Assembly: GCA_937885475.1 (NCBI GenBank)
Contig: CAKZZR010000211.1
Span: 1-62,414, forward strand
Source: an uncultured Treponema sp.
GTDB taxonomy: Bacteria > Spirochaetota > Spirochaetia > Treponematales > Treponemataceae
Direction of reading: 5' to 3'
DNA length: 62,414 nucleotides
Part shown: positions 55,985 through 62,414 of the stretch, one piece after another
Numbering within the stretch: position 1 is the stretch's first letter
Layout: every line of letters begins with the position of its first letter
Made by a program: the position numbers and the translations under genes
The notes under the pieces: model-generated
Told to the model about the DNA's origin: nothing
The model's input: the letters and a program-made list of their open reading frames with translations, nothing else
Database searches by the model: none

Positions 55985-57977
55985 TCAGCAGCTCCTTGAT
56001 GACTTTTATTAAGTTTTTTCGGTTGAAATTCTTTTTTTCTACGAATGCATTTGCTCCGGCGTTCTTGTATTCAGCAAGCTGTTCTTCCTCAAGGCTTGAA
56101 TCAAAAACAACGACCGGCGTTGTGCTGTAGCTTTCCATGCGACGCAGGTTTTCCAAAAAAATAAGTCCGTTCATACGCGGCATTTCCGTATCACACACAA
56201 TCAAATCAAAATGAAATTTCTTGAGTTTTTCCAGCGCAAAAATGCCGTCCTTTGCCTCGTCAACCAAAAAACCGTTTCCTGTAAGAACGACCCTTTGAAT
56301 CTGACGGACGGTGTCGGAATCATCAACAATAAGAATGCGCAACTGCTTCTTTTTCATCTTTGCGTCAAATTTCTTAACGTCAAAGCCGCGCAAAGCCCTA
56401 AGCCGAGCCATAAGGTACGGCGTGTACAGAACCGGCACAAGGTCAAAATTTTCATCAAGCACGGCTCCCTGCAGAATCTTAAAATCCTTGAATGCGGGCG
56501 GCATTTTTTTTACGATTGCAGGAACGTAGCTTAGAACCTGTCCCACGATGATTCCGATTTTTTGTTCCATATATTCGGCAATCAGGATTGTCTTTAGGTC
56601 GTTGGGATTTTTTTTCTTTGCCTGATAAAAAAGCGAGCTGAGCGAATACACGGGAATAAGGCGTTCATTGAATTTTACGAAATTCTGATTTTGCAGCGAG
56701 ATGAATTCCGACTTGTTTTTTGAGATTACGTCGATTATATGGTGGCTTGGAATAAAATATTTTTTGTCATTGGAAAGAATAAAAAAGCCCTGCTCCAGCG
56801 CGATTGAATACGGCAGGCTGAGCAAAAAACGGGTGCCGCCTGTGTAGTCACAGTCAATGCGGATGTGTCCTTTTATTTCCTCGGTTTTTGACCAAACGGA
56901 ATCAAGGCCGGTTTTTCCACGTCCAATAAAGTTTGGGCGGAACAAATAAGTGGAAAGCTCCTGCTTTGACATTTTTGCAATGCGCTTTGCTTCCTCGCGG
57001 AAGTTTGCGGCGGCGTGCTGGCGCAAAACCTCCCAGTCTATGCCGTTGCCGTTATCCGCTACGCAAAGCTCCATGCCGGACGCGTTCTGCGTGCATTCAA
57101 AGCGCACGGTGGTGGCACTTCCGTATTTTAGGGCGTTTTCAATAAGATTCCGCAGAATGGACATAAGTTTTTCAAGAATCTCGTATTCAAGGCGGATTTC
57201 TGTTTCAGGAAAAACGCAGGACGAAAATTCTTTGTTCAGCTTGTCAAAAAGAATTTGGAGCGGAACCATTCTGAGCTTTAAAAGCTGAGCCTGCGAAGCG
57301 ATTATGATTTTTTCAAGACTTTCTGAATTTTCGGCAAGGCTTTTGCAAAGACGGCGCAACTCGGAGTCGCCGTATTTTTCTTCGATGGAACGGAGCTTTA
57401 CGATGTTCTGCTTTATGCTCTGCTCGCGGACTATAAGTTCCTCGTAGACGGAAACAATGTCGTTCAGCTTTTCCGGCTTGATTTGAATGAAATCCATTTG
57501 CGGCAGGCAAAGGGCTTCTTCCTTCTGCTCTACGTCTGCCTGCGCTTCAGAAGCAGGCGCGTCCTCGGCTTCGTCAATTGTTACGATTTCGCCGGCAGCA
57601 ATGCGGTTGCAGTACACAAGATAGGTAAGCACGTCCGGCATTTGGTCGGTTCTGCCTTTTATTATGCAGGTGCAGCTTTGCTTTATCTTTTTGCAGATGA
57701 TGCGGATAAGGTTGTCCAGACGGTCGGACACAACGATTTTTTCGTCGATAAGGCTTGTCAGAACGCCTATCATTCCCTGCGAAAGCAGTTCCAGCGTTGA
57801 AAAATTAAGAAATGCGGCGTTCCGCTTGATTCCGCGGAAAATGCGGCTTATGGCTTTTTTTTCTGCGTGACTTTTGTCGCCCAGCTTGAGCGAATTGTAC
57901 CGCATCTGAATCTCAACAAGCGAATTCAGCGTTTCCAGCGCGAAGGTTCGGTTTATTTCTGAGCATTCGTACGCCAT
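55977..57977 (-). CDS. Degenerate CheA-like hybrid (HPt-like, HATPase, CheW, REC)
   Basis: LRMVP, NLIENALKYG, ADNGNGID, CheW-like segment, ILIVDDS...CDTEMPRMNG; the HPt His position reads Arg. Confidence 0.85.
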   Translation of the reverse strand: MAYECSEINRTFALETLNSLVEIQMRYNSLKLGDKSHAEKKAISRIFRGIKRNAAFLNFSTLELLSQGMIGVLTSLIDEKIVVSDRLDNLIRIICKKIKQSCTCIIKGRTDQMPDVLTYLVYCNRIAAGEIVTIDEAEDAPASEAQADVEQKEEALCLPQMDFIQIKPEKLNDIVSVYEELIVREQSIKQNIVKLRSIEEKYGDSELRRLCKSLAENSESLEKIIIASQAQLLKLRMVPLQILFDKLNKEFSSCVFPETEIRLEYEILEKLMSILRNLIENALKYGSATTVRFECTQNASGMELCVADNGNGIDWEVLRQHAAANFREEAKRIAKMSKQELSTYLFRPNFIGRGKTGLDSVWSKTEEIKGHIRIDCDYTGGTRFLLSLPYSIALEQGFFILSNDKKYFIPSHHIIDVISKNKSEFISLQNQNFVKFNERLIPVYSLSSLFYQAKKKNPNDLKTILIAEYMEQKIGIIVGQVLSYVPAIVKKMPPAFKDFKILQGAVLDENFDLVPVLYTPYLMARLRALRGFDVKKFDAKMKKKQLRILIVDDSDTVRQIQRVVLTGNGFLVDEAKDGIFALEKLKKFHFDLIVCDTEMPRMNGLIFLENLRRMESYSTTPVVVFDSSLEEEQLAEYKNAGANAFVEKKNFNRKNLIKVIKELLNV

Positions 57978-57979
57978 AG

Positions 57980-58813
57980 CTATTCTTCCTTTCTAAAATA
58001 AAACACTGAGCCGCTGCACATTTTTTTGAGTTCTTTGGGCGTAATTTCCGCGTCAACCGAAGCAATCTCGCTGATAGAAAAAAGCAGTATTCCGCCGGGC
58101 GCAAGGCAAAGCTTGCACAGATTGCGAAGGATTTTTTGCTTAAGCTCGCGGCTGAAGTATATGAATACGTTGCGCATAAAAATAAGGCTTTGTTCCTTTG
58201 GAAAATTAACGGCGGTCGCCTCGTCCGCAAGCTCTATAAGATTCAGTGGCTTTACAGTAAGCGTCTGCTTTACGTCCTCAGTCAGCACGATGGTTCCGTC
58301 TGATTTTTGGAACGGACTTAACAGCGTCATGTATTTTTGCCCGTCAAACTCCCGCAGGGAATTTTTTTTGTAGATTCCGTTCCGGCAGTATTCCAAGGCA
58401 GCGGTGTTTATGTCGCTCGCCGTGATTTTGCATGAAACATGAGAAGCCTTTGCAACAAGGGCAAGCGAATACGGCTCCTCTCCGCGAGACGAAGCCGCGC
58501 ACCACGCGCTAAGCGGCTTTGCTCCGTTTTTGCTAATCCATTCCGGAAAAAAAGAATTCTTAAGAAAATCAAACTGCGCCTGCTCGCGAAAAAAGTAGGT
58601 TTCGTTTACCGTGGACTCGTTTATAAAAAGCGAAAGTTCGTCCTTGTTTGCGTTCAGATAGCCGGCATAGGAAATGCCAGCAGGAGACAGAGATGCAATG
58701 CGCTTTTCCACAAAGTTTCGGATGCTTTGCTTGTGGCTTTCGCGGGGAATGATTCCTGTTTTTTGGGTGAAAAGTGCAAGCACGTTCTCCAAATCTAACG
58801 CAGTTATACTCAT
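57980..58813 (-). CDS. cheR: Chemotaxis methyltransferase
   Basis: NETYFFRE, W.AASSRGEEPYS, ASDI, RNVFIYF motifs. Confidence 0.93.
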   Translation of the reverse strand: MSITALDLENVLALFTQKTGIIPRESHKQSIRNFVEKRIASLSPAGISYAGYLNANKDELSLFINESTVNETYFFREQAQFDFLKNSFFPEWISKNGAKPLSAWCAASSRGEEPYSLALVAKASHVSCKITASDINTAALEYCRNGIYKKNSLREFDGQKYMTLLSPFQKSDGTIVLTEDVKQTLTVKPLNLIELADEATAVNFPKEQSLIFMRNVFIYFSRELKQKILRNLCKLCLAPGGILLFSISEIASVDAEITPKELKKMCSGSVFYFRKEE

Positions 58814-59871
58814 TGTGCCGCTCCATCATTCTGTACCAGAGAAAGGATTTTCTGCGGAATTTCCTGACGGGGAAGCACCTCCGTAGCAGCGCCCAGCTCT
58901 ATGGCGGCGGCAGGCATTCCAAACACCGCGCAGGTGGACTTGTCTTCTGCAATGGTATGTCCCCCGTTTTCTACAATGACTTTACAGCCTTCCGCACCAT
59001 CGCGCCCCATGCCCGTCATCAGAACGGCAAGGCAGGAACTTTTATAAAATGCCGCGGCGCTCTTAAAAAGCTTGTTCACCGCCGGGCGCAAAAAGTGATC
59101 CTCCGGCTCGTCAGAAAGCTTAAGTATCGGAAGCCCTTCCGAAGTAAGGCAGTCTATTACAAGATGCCTGTCCGCAGGCGAAAGATAGACGGTGCCGGGT
59201 TTTGCAACCTCACCGTTTTCTGCAAGCTTTACGTAAATATTCTGGCAGGAAGAATCAAACCAGTCCGCCATTTTTTTGTCCGCTCCAACGTCAAGATGCT
59301 GCACGTACAGCACCGGAAGCGGGAATTCTTCGCCAAGACCGCAAAGCACATTCTGAACGGCAGTAGGTCCGCCTGTGGAAGCGCCTATGCAAAGCACCTT
59401 GAATTCATTTTTTGCAGAAAGATTTTGTCCGCGCTTTTGTGTTTCAAGCGGAAGAACGCCAAGCTCTTTTTTTGCAGAAACATTTTTTAGCGCTATATCC
59501 TGCACCTTCTGTATCAAATCCTTGAAGAATTCTTTTTTAAAGGAAGAAAGATTCGGCTTTACATAGAACAGCGCGGCTCCGCTTTGCCTTGCCCGTTCTG
59601 CGGCACTTGCATCCTCAGAAAAAATCACCACTGGAATTTTAAGCGTGCCGCTTATGATGCTGCATGCGTCCAAGCCGTTCATTTCCGGCATATCAATATC
59701 AAGAATGGCAATGTCCGGGCTTTTTTGCGTGGCGCTCTGCTCTGCCTTTTTTCCGTTTGAGACAGAGTCGATGATTTCAAATGCGCCGCTTTCCTGAAAA
59801 TTCTTTTCAAGCATACCGCGGATTATGGCAGAGTCGTCGGCGATGAGCAGTTTAATCTTATTTGTATCCAA
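58810..59871 (-). CDS. cheB: Chemotaxis methylesterase with REC domain
   Basis: LDIDMP; GASTGGP, VQH, RPAV..LF, TGMGRDGA.G, VFGMP motifs. Confidence 0.95.
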   Translation of the reverse strand: MDTNKIKLLIADDSAIIRGMLEKNFQESGAFEIIDSVSNGKKAEQSATQKSPDIAILDIDMPEMNGLDACSIISGTLKIPVVIFSEDASAAERARQSGAALFYVKPNLSSFKKEFFKDLIQKVQDIALKNVSAKKELGVLPLETQKRGQNLSAKNEFKVLCIGASTGGPTAVQNVLCGLGEEFPLPVLYVQHLDVGADKKMADWFDSSCQNIYVKLAENGEVAKPGTVYLSPADRHLVIDCLTSEGLPILKLSDEPEDHFLRPAVNKLFKSAAAFYKSSCLAVLMTGMGRDGAEGCKVIVENGGHTIAEDKSTCAVFGMPAAAIELGAATEVLPRQEIPQKILSLVQNDGAAQ

Positions 59872-60322
59872 GTTCGTTCCTCATACAGTTTTCAATTTCA
59901 TCTATGTTCAGCACAAAAGCTTTTTCCGTATCAAAAGATATTTCTCCGAGTAAAAGTGTGTCGCTTTGCTCCGGCGGCAATTCCTTAAGCTCCGCTTCTG
60001 CAAAGCCCTTTATTTCCGTAGCAGAAAGAGAAATATTGTCGTCTTCCCGCTTAAGAACGATAACAACCTCTGTGGTTTCGGCATGTTCCACCACTGCGGA
60101 ATTTGAAAGCACCATAGGCGTGCTGACCACGGAAAAAATCTCGCTTCTGTAATGGATTACGCCCCTTATGAGCGGCGGCGTGAACGGCATTTCGTAGATT
60201 TTTGCCGCACGCAGAATTTCCTGCACGGCTTTGCTTGGAACTGCATATGTTCTTTTTTCTGCGAGGAATACTAAAAAATTTTCTTTTGCAGTCTTTGCCG
60301 CAGTCGCTTTTTTTTCGTCCAT
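59858..60322 (-). CDS. cheW: Chemotaxis coupling protein
   Basis: FLVF......YAV....VQEI, P.TP..I.GVI..R.EI..V. Confidence 0.88.
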   Translation of the reverse strand: MDEKKATAAKTAKENFLVFLAEKRTYAVPSKAVQEILRAAKIYEMPFTPPLIRGVIHYRSEIFSVVSTPMVLSNSAVVEHAETTEVVIVLKREDDNISLSATEIKGFAEAELKELPPEQSDTLLLGEISFDTEKAFVLNIDEIENCMRNELGYK

Positions 60323-60367
60323 ACGGTTCTCTTTGGGTAATGGAGGCTATCGTTAGTCCCCTTTACG

Positions 60368-62134
60368 CTATTCTTCGTCCTTTACCTGATTGTTCAAATC
60401 CTCAGAAATTATGCGCAGGTTTTCGGCGGAGCTGGAGATGTTGTCTGTGGCAACGGTAAAATTTTCAACTCCGGCAGAAATTTGCTTGAGCGTAATCAGA
60501 ATCTGCTCGCTCGCAATCGCCTGCTGCTGCATGATTTCGGTAATATCGCTGGCAGAATCCGCGGTAATTTCTGCGGCAGTCTTTATGCTTTCAAATTTGG
60601 ACTCCAAATCCTTTGCGTTCTCGTAGCCCGCGTTGATTTTTGCCGTTCCGCTTTCGCTCGCAAGAACAAGGCTGTCGCTGGACTGCTGTATTTCGTTTAT
60701 CTTTTCCTTGATTTCCTTTGTTCCGTCAATGATTCCGTCTGCGAGGCGACGAATTTCCGTGGCAACGATATGAAAATTCCGTCCGGACTCTCCGGCATTG
60801 CTTGCCTCAAGTTCCGCATTGAACGCGATGATTTTTGCCTGGTCTGCAACGCTGTTTATAAGCGTAACTATGTCCCAAATGCTTTCGATTCGGGTGCTCA
60901 GGATTTTCATGCCGTCGATTGTCTTTTGGTTTGCGTCAAAAATGTCGTGCAGCTGGTTCACGTTCTTTTCGATGTAGGCAACACCGTCCGTTACGTCCGC
61001 CGAAGTTTTTTGCGCAACCTGTGAAACGTCCTTGATTTTTTGCGCGATGTTCTCGCTCAGCAGGTTTGAGTCTTCCATTGTGGCAACAATTTCCTTTACC
61101 GCCGCCGACTGATCCTGACTGGTTGCCGCGGTTTCCTTTGTGGCCACAACAAGATTCTGCGTTTCCTCAAACAGCTTAAGTCCAAGAACTTTTTCCTTTT
61201 TCTGAATGTAGTTGATGAAGAATGAGTTGAATATTGCGCTTCCGCCGCTCAGGAACAAGAGAACAAAAATAACAAGCACGAACTTGAAGTTGAACGACCC
61301 GCTGAAATCTGCGACAGGTCCTTCTATTACAACGAACCAGGGGGTTTCTCCAATACGGTTTACGCCGTAAAAATTGCCGCTGTCCAAAATGACCTTCTGC
61401 TTGCCATTAAGCCATTCTTCCGGGTCAAATTCATATTCCGTCTCATCAAAATAATTTGCGCTAAGAAGCTTTTCTGGCTCCGCGTTCGCCATATACAAGC
61501 CCTTTGCGTCAAGAATATAAAGTGAAGTGCGCGGCGAAACGGTGATTTTTTCCGCAATCTCCGAAAGCTCGTCCACGGTAATGTCAACGCCCGCCATTCC
61601 CACCGGCGTATTGCTTTTGTCTACCGCCGCCTTAGAAATGGTGATAGAGATTGAGCCGTCCGTTTCGTCCTCTTCGGCATCAAGGAATGTAAGATGCCCG
61701 CCGTTACGGATTGTGTCCCGGAACCAGTCGTAATCACTTGGTTCCCAGTCGTCCTCCACCTCAAAGTCTGAGCTGTCCACATATATTCCGCCGTCAAAGC
61801 GCGATTTGATTGTGGCATAATACAGGGAATCCAAGTTTTCGGAACCCTTTGCAAGCGAATGAACGAGCACATCCAACGCCTTTTGGTCGGGATATTTTTC
61901 TGCGTATTCCGTAAGGTTTTCTACCATCTGAATATTTGGCGCAAAACGCTCCATGACCTGAGAGCTGAGCTTTTCTATTGCGCTGGTGGCTTGCGCAGTT
62001 ACAAATGCCCGAATGAGAGAATGAGCCATAAAAGCGAACACAATGCAGGAAACTATTGCAACCAAGAGCATTGGTGTAAAGCTCGAAACAAAATACTTCA
62101 TGGATTTTGAATTTTTAATGAATCTGCGTGACAT
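60368..62134 (-). CDS. Methyl-accepting chemotaxis protein (Cache-type sensor, short signalling domain)
   Basis: Two TM helices, W.P....WF, INSVADQAKIIAFNAELEA..AGE.G..F.IVA.EIRRLA. Confidence 0.92.
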   Translation of the reverse strand: MSRRFIKNSKSMKYFVSSFTPMLLVAIVSCIVFAFMAHSLIRAFVTAQATSAIEKLSSQVMERFAPNIQMVENLTEYAEKYPDQKALDVLVHSLAKGSENLDSLYYATIKSRFDGGIYVDSSDFEVEDDWEPSDYDWFRDTIRNGGHLTFLDAEEDETDGSISITISKAAVDKSNTPVGMAGVDITVDELSEIAEKITVSPRTSLYILDAKGLYMANAEPEKLLSANYFDETEYEFDPEEWLNGKQKVILDSGNFYGVNRIGETPWFVVIEGPVADFSGSFNFKFVLVIFVLLFLSGGSAIFNSFFINYIQKKEKVLGLKLFEETQNLVVATKETAATSQDQSAAVKEIVATMEDSNLLSENIAQKIKDVSQVAQKTSADVTDGVAYIEKNVNQLHDIFDANQKTIDGMKILSTRIESIWDIVTLINSVADQAKIIAFNAELEASNAGESGRNFHIVATEIRRLADGIIDGTKEIKEKINEIQQSSDSLVLASESGTAKINAGYENAKDLESKFESIKTAAEITADSASDITEIMQQQAIASEQILITLKQISAGVENFTVATDNISSSAENLRIISEDLNNQVKDEE

Positions 62135-62354
62135 AGTAACTCCGCCAAAAAAGTTTCACGAAATATTTTAGCACAAATAAATAAAAATCGCTGATTTTTT
62201 TTGCAAGGTGGTTTTACGGTCATTGCAGGGCAAATGCATTATAAAATAATTAATGCAATAAAAACTGATTCCTCATAAAAAAATGTCTCCCAGTCGAAAA
62301 TTGGTTTTGCAAAACCACCATTACTCATGGAGATCAATTTTTGATGTATAGGTA

Positions 62355-62414
62355 TTAAAAAAATAGCTTCCAGTCGAGTTTCGTCTTTCAAAATCGCACG
62401 CTCGCGTGCTACAC
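62355..62414 (+). repeat. Intergenic repeat, short form (truncated by the window end)
   Basis: Partner of 54025-54164 lacking the internal module. Confidence 0.9.

Overview
This 62.4-kb window looks like chromosomal DNA from a Treponema-like spirochaete, inferred from lipoprotein style, BspA and FGE-domain surface proteins and overall gene content. Core genes (aspS, trkA/trkH, UPF0210, asnB, proA-proB-proC, an MCP, a sugar-binding protein) alternate with AT-richer accessory patches. These patches contain an operon of lipoproteins ending in a SIR2-like gene, about nine toxin-antitoxin-like modules (three with a dead toxin and intact antitoxin), two DUF4143-type AAA ATPases plus a split remnant of a third, a glycerol-phosphate polysaccharide cluster with a G10 tract, two FGE/C-type-lectin-fold lipoproteins with a shared upstream palindrome next to a three-gene signalling module, and a chemosensory operon whose CheA lacks its phospho-His and whose output is a REC-class III nucleotide cyclase. 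Two patterns are not explained by the gene list. (1) Small palindromic elements occur between genes and also in frame inside aspS, asnB and the SIR2-like gene; they nest inside one another, and one splits the asnB Shine-Dalgarno from its start codon. (2) Accessory cassettes are bracketed by 33-55 bp direct repeats that duplicate the neighbouring promoter or gene end, with no recombinase in view. No rRNA, intact tRNA, CRISPR array, integrase, transposase or reverse transcriptase was found. All family assignments come from motif recognition by eye, not database searches.
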